DNA of 64,000 nt from contig OX597822.1 of NCBI GenBank assembly GCA_951406725.2, forward strand, positions 38,130,001 to 38,194,000. The letters run 5' to 3'. Below, in pieces: positions 14,057 to 26,669 of this stretch; the stretch's first letter is position 1, and each line of letters opens with the position of its first letter. The stretch comes from Octopus vulgaris (Eukaryota). Below the pieces are notes generated by a model. The model was not told where the DNA came from, searched no databases, and saw nothing but the letters and a program-made list of their open reading frames with translations. A program made the translations under genes and the position numbers.

Positions 14057-14889
14057 CAGGGCGCGGCAGAAGTAACACTCTTTTATATTCTATTCTACTC
14101 TAGGCACAAGCCCGGAAATTTTTGTGGAGGGAGCCAGTCGATTAGATCGACCCCAGTACGTGAATGGTAATTAGTTTATCGACTCCGAAAGGATGAAAGA
14201 CAAAGTCGACCCCGGCGGAATTTGAACTCAGAACGTAAAGACAGACAAAATAGCGCTAAGCATTTCGTCCGACGTGCTAACGTTTCTTATTTCTTTATTG
14301 CCCACAAGGGGCTAAACATAGCGGGGACAAACAAGGACAGACAAAGGGATTAAGTCGATTACAGTGACCCCAGTGGGTAACTGGTACTTAATTTATCGAC
14401 TCCGAAAGAATGAAAGGCAAAGTCGACCTCGGCGGAATTTGAACTCAGAACGAAATACCTATTTCTTTATTACCCACAAGGGGCTAAACATAGAGGGGAC
14501 AAACAAGGACAGACATAGGTATTAAGTCGATTATATTGACCCCAGTGCGTAACTGGTACTTAATCTATCGACCCCGAAAGAATGAAAGGTAAAGTCGACC
14601 TCGGCGGAATTTGAACTCAGAACGAAATACCGCTAAGCATTTTGCTCGGCGTGCTAACGTTTCTGCCAGCTCGCTACCTTAGAACGCCCTTTTGTATTGA
14701 ATCATGTTGTTTTGATGAAACAATACTTAATAAATTTCCTAAAACTTCTGCAATTTTTTTTCATTAGTATATTATTTGTTTCTTTGAGTAATGCAATAAA
14801 TTTATGTTCAATAAAGAATTATTTTATCAACATTTATATACTATATAAGTTATTAAATGCAAAAAGGGCGTTACTTCTGCCGCACCCTA
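14057..14889. mobile_element. Tc1/mariner-type MITE interrupted by nested SINE copies
   Basis: TA-flanked TIRs cagggcgcggcagaagtaac / gttacttctgccgcaccct. Confidence 0.7.
14087..14680 (-). mobile_element. SINE family B, three nested or tandem copies
   Basis: Repeated gtcgacctcggcggaatttgaactcagaacg. Confidence 0.85.
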
Positions 14890-15253
14890 TATGTACATGT
14901 GTTTGATTTTCTGCTCCTTTGATGCATATATGTATAACAGAAAATCAACCACAAAACACAGTATACTCTCTGTTGAATGTCCGACTATCAAGAACAGAGT
15001 AGTCGTGATTAAGGCATAAAGTTAACATCAGCGTCCTTCCGAAAATTCAGTAATCTAAGTGGTGGAAAGTATGTATAGTTCCCGATATCTATTGGCAGAG
15101 CTGATTAAAGGGCGTATTTATAAGCCCTGGTGTTTATGTTTGCAACGTATTAAGCTTTAAGATGTCTATATTTTTCTAGTTTGTTTTGATATTTAATTAC
15201 ACACACACACACATACATACATACATACATACATACATACATACATACATACA

Positions 15254-15325
<72 letters not shown>

Positions 15326-15330
<5 letters not shown>

Positions 15331-15556
15331 TTAAAAGCAGCAGAAATATAACAAAAGCTTGTTACTCAGAGTTTCGCGTTCCCGTTCGTCGGACAGTTTT
15401 GTTAAAATGTCAAAACTGTCCGACGAACAGGAACGTGAAACTCTGAGTAAAAGCTTTTGTTATATTTCTGCTGCTTTTAAATAAAGCATATTACTCTACC
15501 TATGGTATTTGAGTACTCTTTTTTCTACCTTGTTTCGCATTTATGTGCTTACTCCG

Positions 15557-15558
<2 letters not shown>
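15326..15558. mobile_element. Second, shorter fold-back copy of the 8314-9099 family (opposite orientation)
   Basis: About 75-bp inverted arms plus the tail gcatattactctacc...ttactccgg; hammerhead core altered to CCGACGA; TA-repeat flanks. Confidence 0.75.
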
Positions 15559-15630
<72 letters not shown>

Positions 15631-15651
15631 ATATATGTATGTATATATATA

Positions 15652-15850
15652 ATATCTAACACACTCACCGGTTCAATTTCCACTCATTTATTATTTATAT
15701 TTTTTCCTTTCCAAAATTTTCGTTCCTTTTGTAACCTTGTCAATTGATGTTGGGTCCCAATTGATAAAGTTGTGAAACCAACGAAAATTTTGGAAAAGAA
15801 AATATAAATAATAAATGGCTGGAAATTGAACTGGTGAGTGTGTTAGATAT
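15652..15850. repeat. Imperfect about 95-bp-arm inverted repeat element
   Basis: atatctaacacactcacc... pairs with ...ggtgagtgtgttagatat; central hammerhead-like variant. Confidence 0.75.
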
Positions 15851-15881
15851 CAAGGCAGTATGACTCTCCCCAGACAACAAA

Positions 15882-15923
<42 letters not shown>

Positions 15924-16049
15924 CAAATTTATATGAGCACAAATAAATGCATATTTGTATATATATTTTGTATGTGTGTGTGTGTGTGTGTGTGTGTAAT
16001 ATGTATGTATACATACATATATATTTATGTACTTTTATGTAGATGTACA

Positions 16050-16081
<32 letters not shown>

Positions 16082-16787
16082 TAATCTTTCTTTCTCTCTC
16101 TCTCTCCTCCCTTATTCCCCCTCCTTTCTTTCCCTCTCCATCCGTTTCCCCCCCTTCTACGTTTCTCTATCTCTCTCACCTCCAGCCCCCTCGATCTGTC
16201 TCTTTCTTCTCCTCCCTCGTCCACCTTCTCTCTCTTTTCATCTGTCCCTTTCTCTTGTCTTTTGTTCTCACGTGACCGCTGACCGCTGTTGAGCGCTCTT
16301 TTCGTTCCAGCAGCCGTTGAAGCAACACGTACTTGTTCGTCTCCCTGTGGCCATTAGGCACAACTTCATAAGCCAGCCCCATGCTCAATTCGTCCTGTCG
16401 AAAGACCCTTGTCCTACGTCCTGGTTTTGTTTTGTTGTTTATTTTTTATACTTTATTTTTACCGTTATTGTTTTTACGTTTTTGTATTCTTATTGTTGTC
16501 ACGTATTCTGTATTTTTGTTCGTGTACTTCGTTCGTTTTCCGTCCTCGTGTTGTATACATTCGAAGCTTTCTTCCAGGGGATCTAATGCACTTGGCTTAG
16601 ATTTCCCGTGGCGGGCTGCCCATATCGGAGCAATCTCAAGATTAATCAGCCGAAATTGCTAAGATGATCTGGTTCTTGACTGATGACTGAGGGCTTCGAA
16701 TGTCCCGTCCTGTGGTTCTTGTGTCGTCTCTGTGGCGTTTCATGTTCTTGTCCATGTCTGTAATTATTTTTACTGTTTACCTATATA

Positions 16788-16821
<34 letters not shown>

Positions 16822-16851
16822 CATGTATATTTATATATATATGTATATATG

Positions 16852-16914
<63 letters not shown>

Positions 16915-16937
16915 CATATACATATATACATATATAG

Positions 16938-17098
16938 GTCCTCAACAAGTGAAACGGAAGCAGAGGCGGTACAGAACGACGTTCACAAGCTACCAGCTGG
17001 AGGAGTTGGAAAAAGCATTCCACAAGACACATTACCCGGATGTATTCTGTCGAGAGGAGCTGGCTTTAAGGATTGATTTAACAGAAGCCAGAGTTCAG
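16938..17098 (+). CDS. Arx: Paired-like homeobox exon, homeodomain residues 1-46 ([54 protein letters not shown])
   Basis: [11 protein letters not shown]...THYPDVF.REELA...LTEARVQ is the Arx/aristaless/Pph13 signature. Donor CAG|GTGAGC falls at the canonical PRD-class intron position between residues 46 and 47. Acceptor tatAG at 16936-16937. Confidence 0.95.
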
Positions 17099-17211
17099 GT
17101 GAGCCAACTCACAGTACATATATATATACATACATGTGCATACACATATATTCACTGATACATATATTATATAAAAAGTAGATTATATATATATATATAT
17201 TTATATTTATA

Positions 17212-17757
17212 CGAGGGTGAGTCAAAAGGTAATGCCATTTTGTTTAGGACAGTTATAATTACCAACACAGGAACATGTATCATACATTAAAATGAAGCTG
17301 GTCCTCTGTAGATCACATCCCTACTTCTCAACATAGCCACCGTTTCTCTCATTAGCAATGTTCCACCTTCGAATGAGAGCATCTATCCCTGCCCCGTAAA
17401 ATTCTGTTGACTGTTCTTTGAGCCACTTCTTCATTACTGGAATAATTTAGCGCCTTTAGACTATCATCTCTTCGGCCCCATGAAAGAGGGTTTAAGTGGC
17501 AAACATTATTCCAGTGACGAGGAAGTGAAAACTGTAGTGAAGGAGTGGATCAAAGAACAGTCAACAGAATTTTACGGGGCAGGGATACATGCTCTCATTC
17601 GAAGGTGGGACATTGCTATTGGGAGACGGTGACTATGTTGAGAAGTAGGAATCTGATCCATAGAGGACCAGCTTCATTTTGATGTATGATACATGTTCCT
17701 GTGTTGGTAATTATACCTGTCCTAAACAAAATGGCATTACTTTTTGACTCATCCTCG
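17212..17757. mobile_element. Fold-back mariner derivative made of two inverted 3' ends
   Basis: TA-cgagggtgagtcaaaa ... ttttgactcatcctcg termini with about 225-bp inverted arms. Internal + strand remnant NLAPLDYHLFGPMKEGLSGKHYSSDEEVKTVVKEW. Confidence 0.88.
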
Positions 17758-17802
17758 TGTATATATATATATATATATATATATAAACATGAACTGATAT
17801 AT

Positions 17803-17849
<47 letters not shown>

Positions 17850-18289
17850 GTAAATACACATACACACGTACTTACATAGACATATTTACATACGTTGAAT
17901 ACATGCACATATGCAGACATACGTACATACGTACACACATACATACACACTACATACAGACGGGAAAAATATACAGACATACATACTTTCATATTTTCGT
18001 GGTCGATATAATAACTTCCAGAAGTTGAGATGTCACGTGATTGACTACACTTTTAAATGTGATGATCCCGCATGGTGGCAGTCCGATGTATGAAACCAGT
18101 AAGAAAAATGAATATGTATGTATATATTTATGTTTGAACACATGTATATATTTGTGTATGTCTCTATATAGTTTTCTTACAGACAGACAGACAGACAGAC
18201 AGATAATTTAAACTATGAACAGTTCTAAGTAATTCAAACGACTTTTGATGTTGCTGACTCTATGCCTTCATACATGTATGCATGTATGC

Positions 18290-18359
<70 letters not shown>

Positions 18360-18421
18360 GTGTGTGTATGTGTGCGTGTTTATACCTATGTGTGTCTGTG
18401 TATGTATGTATGTATGTGTGC

Positions 18422-18459
<38 letters not shown>

Positions 18460-18461
18460 GC

Positions 18462-18578
<117 letters not shown>

Positions 18579-20372
18579 CAGATAGAAAATCTAGGATATA
18601 GATAGTTCGATTTAAATTCTTTAAACACCTATAAAAATCATTCTCCATATTCTATTTATGCACAGAAAATAAAGAGACTACCCTGTCATGTTTCCTGTTT
18701 TTTTATTTGGAGGTGAGGGGGAAGATTGACCACCGAATAGAGTGTAGGTAATCCTCCACCCTTCTCAACCAGACGAGTACCTACATCAGTCGCTATTACA
18801 GTAAGGTTTGAGTTGTGTTTGATTTAAATGGCGATAAGTTCTCTTCATTTGCAGAAGGGAACACGACCGAACAATCCTTCTTATTCCTCTGTGTGCGAAA
18901 AGAATAACTGCTTATTTACATTTGTTTAAATTCCACACCAAAAGCATTTAAAACTGTAATTTTATTACATTTAACATATAAGTTTATATTTTAATGGAAA
19001 CAACTCCTATATATTTTTGTAAGAGACGATCTAGCATTGAGTGATGCAGGCGATATAAACTAGAGGTCATGTGAGGTCATTCGGTTGGTTTTTTAAGGAA
19101 CAATATGGTCGGAGGATGGAGTTGGGGGAGTTTCTAAGAGATTCTAGTTCTACAGAGAAAAGATTGCATGAATTATTTTATAAGAGAGTTAATATAAAAC
19201 AAAGGATCCGGGAGGAGAGAAGACGGGTGGACGGAAAGGTGAATTTAGGTTGAAGGGGTATATAGTAAACAACATTATATGAGAAGGGTTTTTTTTTTGT
19301 AATACCCTCTGTTGCCCTCCCCTAACGGGATAATTAAGGACCAGCGTTTAGCCTTAAGTACGCAATTCACCGACAACAGGCGTGAAATGGAATATCTGTG
19401 ACCCTGTTGTGTTTGCATCTCTCCATTTTTACGAGAGTAATCACAGCAGAGTGTTAAGTTGGCTGAAGAGTTAACATATCGGGAAAATGCTTCGCGGCAT
19501 TTCTACCGATTCTTTAGGTTCACAGCTCAAATTCCGCTGAGGTCATCTTTGCCTTTTATCCCTTCGAGGTCAATAAAATTAGGAACCGGTCAAGAACTGG
19601 TGTCGATGTCATTGACTTAACCTCCCTACCTCAAAACTGCTGGTTTCGAACCTTGCAGCGGACCGGCATCCCGTTCAGGGTGAATGCTATAATCTCGGTC
19701 ACTTAGACGCCATGGAAACCAGGTAACTGGCATAATGAGTCCCAGGGCTGGAGAAAAAAACACACCAGTATGTCATCCACACCAAAGCATCATCCATGAA
19801 ACAGTGATCCCCACATAGGTGTCTACACCAGGGGGAAAGGTTCTGTTTTCCTAGAGATAGTTACCTTCGGGTTATCAACAAAAATTAGTTTATCGAATCA
19901 GCGTGTGAATTACCTTGGTATGGGTATCAGTCTTCGAATATATATTTTATGACTATCACTTTAAATATTTACCATCGGCTGTATAAGTAAATATCGTAAG
20001 CTTCGTACAGATAGCTACCCTCTTGTATCTACTTGAAAAGACTCATCTACCCCGAAGTATCATCATATCATCATTCAACGGTAGATAACTCAAGGCCAGG
20101 GGCGCTGCCCAATGATGAATATACCACGATAATTGCCTCTTGATAGATACCCGACGGTAGATATCTGAGGTTAATAATCTCACCTCAAGTTAGGTACTTG
20201 ACTGTAGACATGCTAAGGTAGATATACCTCAAGCGAGCTACTTCAATTCAAGTTGACTTCAACCCTGGGTAGGTGAGTCTATCAAAACATATCCCAATGT
20301 AGATAAATATATCAAGTTTACTCTGGAGTTCATATCTCGGGTATAATTATCGTCTGCCAAATAGATATGTGT

Positions 20373-20610
20373 GGAGGCGCGTGGCTTAGGGTGTCAGCAT
20401 CATGATCGTAAGATTGTGGTTTCGATTCCTGGACCGGACGACGCGTTGTGTTCTCGAGCAAAACACTTCAATTCACGTTTCTCCAGTCTACTCAGCTGAC
20501 AAAAATGAGTAACGCTGCGATTGACTGGCGTCCCGTCCAGCTGGGGAAGATATACGCCATTGAAACCGGGAGACCAGGCCCATGAGCCTGGCTAAGCTTT
20601 AAAAGGGTTC
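20373..20610 (+). mobile_element. tRNA-headed SINE family C
   Basis: Head ggaggcgcgtggctt...ttcgattcc; reverse copy at about 28010-28245; related core at about 23178-23500. Confidence 0.7.
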
Positions 20611-20864
20611 GTATATTTTTTTTAATAAATATGTGTTAGAGAAAATTTTAGCCACTTTTTCTTATAGGATCCTGACTCTTTCAGTCTTTACCATTCCCCT
20701 CGATTATTCAGTCACTGTATATCCAGGATGACATTATCCTATGTATATTTCCTTTCCAAGACAGAAATATATGATTTAAGGAAAATTTTACTGTTAATTT
20801 TAGTACGTTGAGTGATCACATAATGGCTTCTTTGCTGGTTTCTTTCTGCCTTCACTGGAATATG

Positions 20865-20903
20865 GTATGGTTCCAGAACTGCAGAGCAAAATGGCAGGGA
20901 TAA
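20865..20903 (+). pseudogene. Decayed duplicate (pseudo-exon) of the recognition-helix exon: VWFQNCRAKWQG*
   Basis: First 31 nt match 21586-21616 with one mismatch. No AG acceptor (preceded by tatg); in-frame TAA. Confidence 0.8.
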
Positions 20904-21133
20904 CACTGTATGAAGAAATAAGAGACCATTGCGAATGAATTGTCTTCACTGCGATAACCCACGACAAACTGACACAAAAGAGGTTACTGGGATGGTAGGA
21001 AGTATCAAAATAGTTTTCCTATACACTCATCTAACGGGTGTATATAGTATTAGTTTTATAGCAGTATCTTTCCACAGCTGAATGGAATATTAAAAAGACC
21101 GTTACTACACATCCGTTTCATATGTATATATAA

Positions 21134-21435
21134 CTAGCAGTATCGCCCGGCGTTGCTCGGGTTTGTAAGGGAAATTACTATATAAGCATTTTAAGAGAGT
21201 TACTTCCCTTATATAATAGCAAAAAAAATGCATTAAAAATGGAAAAAAATTATGGTAATTTTTTTTTAATCGTAGATTCATCGTAGACGCGCGCTAATAC
21301 CCAGAAGGGCTCGATATGAATCACGACTATAAGATACCCGCTTTTGGTTAAACTGCATTGCAAAATGTGGAGGTAGTTAGGAATCTAAATCGTAGGAGAC
21401 AGACACTCACACAACTTCACTTTTATATATAAAGA
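21134..21435 (-). mobile_element. Non-autonomous Helitron-like element
   Basis: On the minus strand: A|TC 5' end, subterminal hairpin and CTAG|T 3' end. Homologous to 9135-9639. Confidence 0.72.
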
Positions 21436-21585
21436 TTATTCTATAGTTTTATAAACAGTAGTTCCTACAGGGAATAAAGAACGTTGAAAGACTGCTAATA
21501 TACATTCTGTCCACATGTGTATATAGTGCATATAGTCGATATGTGTATGCAAGGAAGTGATAGTTTTATACTTGCTTGTCTCCAG

Positions 21586-21661
21586 GTATGGTTCCAGAAC
21601 CGCAGAGCAAAATGGCGGAAACAACAGAAACAGCAAGGAAAAGACATAACCATCACACAAG
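21586..21661 (+). CDS. Arx: Homeobox exon for the recognition helix (VWFQNRRAKWRKQQKQQGKDITITQ), Q50
   Basis: Acceptor cttgcttgtctccAG, phase 0, continues ...ARVQ|VWFQNRR; donor G|GTCAGT, phase 1. Confidence 0.95.
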
Positions 21662-22137
21662 GTCAGTATGATTTGCTTACATCAAATTCTTTCTCTGAAC
21701 ACACACACACAACACATATACATACACATACAACTATGTATAAATATGTATAAACTTCCATCCCACATACATACCTATCTATATGGCCATACCTATCTAT
21801 ATGGCTATTCACTACTTTATTTATTTGTCTTTCTAGCCACGCGTTTCTCTAGCTATCTACTGTTCTATGCATGCATGTAGATCTTTCTCATTGAGTGTGT
21901 TTGTTTGTGTGAGCGCGCGTAAATGAATGAATGTATGAATGTATAAGCATGCTCGTTTGAACAAAAGACTTCAATTTACAAAAAAAAAGTCAGCACCAAT
22001 GAGTAGAGTAAAATATATTTCCATTTATATGTATATATATATTATAATTATTTGAGGGAATATTATTCCTAACTTACAGGGAAAAATTCAATTTAGAAAT
22101 ACTAAATCAAATTTCACAAAATAAAATATATATAAAA

Positions 22138-22322
22138 ATTAGAAAAAAAACACCTTTTATCAATTCAAGATGAACAATTAAATTACACCATCTAGAAAAT
22201 TACTTATACTTAATCATCGGTATATTATTATTTTATTTTTAATATTTCTATTATATGTAATTTTCTAGATGGTGTAATTTAATTGTTCATTTTGAATTGA
22301 TAAAAGGTGTTTTTTTTCTAAT
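22138..22322. repeat. Near-perfect 66-bp inverted repeat with 53-nt spacer
   Basis: 22138-22203 versus 22257-22322, one mismatch seen. Confidence 0.8.
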
Positions 22323-22346
22323 ATAAATATATAGATAGATAGATAG

Positions 22347-22379
<33 letters not shown>

Positions 22380-22614
22380 TGTATGTATGTATGTATATAC
22401 AGGGTACGATGGGTGAATTGTCGCCATTTTGTATTTTTAATTTCGCGCATGCGCAATGTTTGTTTTTGATTTTGTCCACCCCCCGGTATAGTAGGGTCAG
22501 TTGGGCACCGTCTCTGAGAAAAACAGCACTATGATGCAATTCATTCTGCCAGAAACTTCGAAATGATATGCTGCGCTGCTTGGCATTCGCATCGAAAGCT
22601 CCAATATGACAAAG

Positions 22615-22788
22615 AGATTAAGTCGATTATATCGACCCCAGTGTGTAACTGGTACTTAATATATCGACCCCGAAAGGATGAAAGGCAAAGTCGACCTCGG
22701 CGGAATTTGAACTCAGAACGTAACGGCAGACGAAATACCGCTAAGCATTTCGCCCAGCGTGCTAACGTTTCTGCCAGCTCGCCGCCTT
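22615..22788 (-). mobile_element. SINE family B
   Basis: Near-consensus copy. Confidence 0.85.
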
Positions 22789-23703
22789 TCAAGCACGGTA
22801 TATTGTCAAAGGTCTTGATCACTTGTCACTGCCTCCAAAAGTGAGGGATCATCAATCAGAGCAAAATACTTCATAAGCTCTTTGTTAGCACACCAGCCTA
22901 ACAATATTGTTTAAATTAGTGGCGGACTTCAAGTATTCTTATGGCAGGGTCCAAAGTTATGGTTCATCGCTATTCTATATTGCAAAACCCGTGGATGGGC
23001 CCCAGACAAACTGGTTTTTACACAGGGTGTTGTATAAGACGAGGTATAAATGGTCACTACCTATTTTTCCATTATTAGAGTAAATTTGGATTACAGCTGT
23101 TTCCTGCAGTCATTATAGTCATACGTTACTGATAGGTGTGCTCAATTGATCTATTGATCACATATATATATATAGGAGACCCTCTTCGGTCATGAATGAC
23201 CATGGGAATGCACCTAGAAAGTTACCCTCCGAGGCATAAGTCCAGGCAAGGTTGTTTATGGAAGGCCAGCAGCTGCCCATGCATACCAGCTTCCCCTCTC
23301 CACACCACTGATGTTATCTAAGGGAAAGGTAAAGGCCGATACAGCTTGCCACCAGTGATGTTGCAACTTATTTCTACAGCTGAGTTAACTGGAGCAACGT
23401 GAAATAAAGTGCCTTGCTCAAGAACACAGCACACTACCTGGTCCGGGAGTCGAACTTACAACCTCACGCTCGTAAGCTCGACGCTCTAACTACTGACCCA
23501 TACAGCAATCCCATATATATATATATATATATTTCTTCTCCGTCTTCCCTTCTTTGGATCTTTCCTTTTCCTATGTTTCTGTCGAAGATCTCCGCTCAAA
23601 ACGTTAAACCCTCCTTCTTTCCTTCTTTCCTGAACGTCCAATAATACTAAACTTGTTCCACGTCCTCGCGTTGTGTTTTCTCTTTGTGTTTTCATGTTTG
23701 GAT

Positions 23704-23766
<63 letters not shown>

Positions 23767-23937
23767 CAGACGGGTAAAATTTAGTAATTAAATTAATTAA
23801 TTAATCAATCAATATGTTTACCATCATGGATATTCTTATAGTAGCAGAAAGGGAATTTTTAACACCTATTTCTAATTTCGGTATGTGGTGAAGCAGTTGA
23901 ACCTTAATTATAATTACGTATAAATATATATATATAT

Positions 23938-24196
23938 TGCAGCGTGGGAGGTATAAGCCATTTAAGAAACACACAAAGCCGTTCGATTCACTCAACATTT
24001 AAGTTTAATTTGTCAAAATATTTTCGTCGCTAAAATCCGCGACCTGTTCACTGACAATCCGCGACCTGTTCACTGCAAAGTCCGTGCTGACTTTGTAGTG
24101 AACGGTCGCGATTTTAGCGACGAAAATATTTTGACAAATTAAACTTAAATGTAATCGAACGCTTTTGTGTGTTTCTTAAATAAATCCCACGCTGCA
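23938..24196. mobile_element. Fold-back Penelope-like terminal repeat
   Basis: Imperfect inverted arms of about 110 bp around 24075; TA flanks. Decayed relative at about 31630-31755. Confidence 0.65.
24010..24057 (-). ncRNA. Hammerhead motif with swapped G3:C8 core
   Basis: Minus strand: uuguca GUGAACA g gucgc ggauuuua gcgac GAAA auau UU ugacaa. Confidence 0.65.
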
Positions 24197-24241
24197 TAGC
24201 ACACGATCTCAGATCAAATTACTTGCTATGCGAGTATCTCC

Positions 24242-24284
<43 letters not shown>

Positions 24285-24286
<2 letters not shown>

Positions 24287-24653
24287 CGCAGGAGCGGGTG
24301 TGTGGTGAGTAGCTTGCTCACCAACTACATGGTTCCGGGTTCAGTCCCACTGCGTGGCACCTTGGGCAAGTGTCTTCTACTATAGCCTCGGGCCGACCAA
24401 AGCCTTGTGAGTGGATTTGGTAGATGGAAACTGAAAGAAGCCCGTCGTATATATGTGTCTGTATGTGTGTGTGTTTGTCCCCCAACCATTGCCGATGCTG
24501 GTTTATTTACGTCCCCGTAACTTAGCGGTTCGACAAAAAGAAACCGATAGAATAAGTACTAGGCTTACAAAGAATAAGTCCAGTTGATCGACTACAGACA
24601 GTGCTCCAGTATGGCCGCAGTCAACTGACTGAAACAAACAAAAGAATAAAAGA
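24285..24653 (+). mobile_element. SINE family A
   Basis: Collinear with 10099-10539. Confidence 0.85.
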
Positions 24654-24789
24654 ATATATATATATATACACATAGATATACATATATATGCATATGTGTG
24701 TGTGTGGGTGTGTGTGTAAGTGTATATAGTTGTTGCTATGTATTTGCATTTGGCTCTGCGCATGTTGTATGAGTGTGTGAATGTATGTT

Positions 24790-24853
<64 letters not shown>

Positions 24854-25003
24854 TGCATGTGTGCATGTATCACTATACAAAAGAACATCGTGGAGAAGCC
24901 TCTATAATGTCTGCCTCAGAAATCTGTCGTATTTTCCCGCCTTCCAGCACAACTGGCGGTCTGTGATCTTTGACCATCTAATAATGCGGGAGATAATCAC
25001 AGC

Positions 25004-25217
25004 ATGATGATGATGATGATGATGACGAAGACGAAGACGACGACGAAGACGACGACGAAGACGACGACGAAGACGACGACGAAGACGACGACGAAGACGA
25101 CGACGACGACGACGAAGACGTCGACGACGACGAAGACGACGACGAAGATGATGGTGATGATAATGATGATTATGATGACGACAATGACGGTGATGATAAT
25201 GATGAGGACGATGAAGG

Positions 25218-25271
<54 letters not shown>

Positions 25272-25757
25272 CGATGTTGATGATGACGATGATAACGATG
25301 AAAGTGATGATAATGATAACGATGACGATGATGACGATGATGATGACGACGGCGACGATCGTGTGATGATGGCAACAATGGTGATGATGAGGAGGTGGAC
25401 GTGAAGGCGGAGGTGGAGGTGGAGATGGGGACGGTGGTTGGGGTGGTAGTACTACTGCTGCTGGAACTGATGACAACGGGGATGACACGGAAGAAGCGGG
25501 AGAGCATTACGATGAAATGATGATGACAATGGTTATGATGGCTGTCATGACAGCGACGGCAATGACAAAGTCAAGGACAAGGACGATAATGTTGAACATC
25601 ATCATCACCATCACCACCCCATCATCATCGTCATCATGATCATCACCACCACCATCATCATCATCATCATCATCATCACTACCACTACCACCACCACCAT
25701 CGTTATTATCATCATCAACATCATCGTCGTCGTCGTCATCATCATCATAGTCATCAT

Positions 25758-25812
<55 letters not shown>

Positions 25813-26044
25813 GTCATCATCACTATCATCACCTTTATCCTCAACGTGGAAATGGTTGCAGTGGTGGTAGCGGCAGCATAGGGGTGGGGAGCGGGAGTAT
25901 CGACGGAAGCGGCGGTGGTTATGGTGATGACGGTGATGGTAGGGTTGTGTTTTTGTGGTTTCCTTTTGCTGTTGATATCTAACTATAATGTCTGTTGTTA
26001 TTTTTGCTCTTTGTTATAGTGGTGGTGATGGTGGTGGTGGTGGA

Positions 26045-26090
<46 letters not shown>

Positions 26091-26570
26091 TGGTGGTGGT
26101 GGTGGTGGTGGTGGTGGTGGTGGTGACAATTGTTATTGTGTCGGCAGCTGTTGTAGTCTTTGTGATGGCGGTGGTTTTAGTTGTGGACGTAGCGTGTAGT
26201 TGTTATTGTAACAGCTGTTGTGATTGTTGGTGTTGTTACCAAAGTTGTTGTTGTTGTTGTAGTAGCATCTGTTGTTGTGTCTGTGGTTAATGGTGTTGTT
26301 GCCACGATGTTTTGTTTTGTTGTTTTTTTTTTGCTTTTTATTGTGACAGGTGTTGTTGTTAGAATGACAGCTGTTGTTGGCATCAATAGAATGGAAGAGT
26401 AACAACTGCAACAATAGCAGAAACAACAACATGTAAACAACAATAATCACAACTGAAACATGAAAGAGGAAGTCAACTCTATAGACGAAACTAAATACGT
26501 CATCGCATTCAATAACAACAACAACAACAACAACAATAATAATAATAACAATAACAATAACAACAACAGC

Positions 26571-26609
<39 letters not shown>

Positions 26610-26611
26610 CC

Positions 26612-26665
<54 letters not shown>
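25004..26665. repeat. Compound triplet microsatellite block (GAT/GAC/CAT/GGT/AAC/AAT)
   Basis: Direct inspection. Confidence 0.9.

Positions 26666-26669
<4 letters not shown>

Noticed and set aside
16578-16710. CTGATGA and GAAA motifs in a Penelope-like repeat
   Set aside because: The elements are not in hammerhead order with pairing stems; at most a decayed relic.
23088-23160. GAAA-CAGCUG-UA half hammerhead on the minus strand
   Set aside because: The CUGANGA half is missing (truncated at a TA run), so it was not counted.
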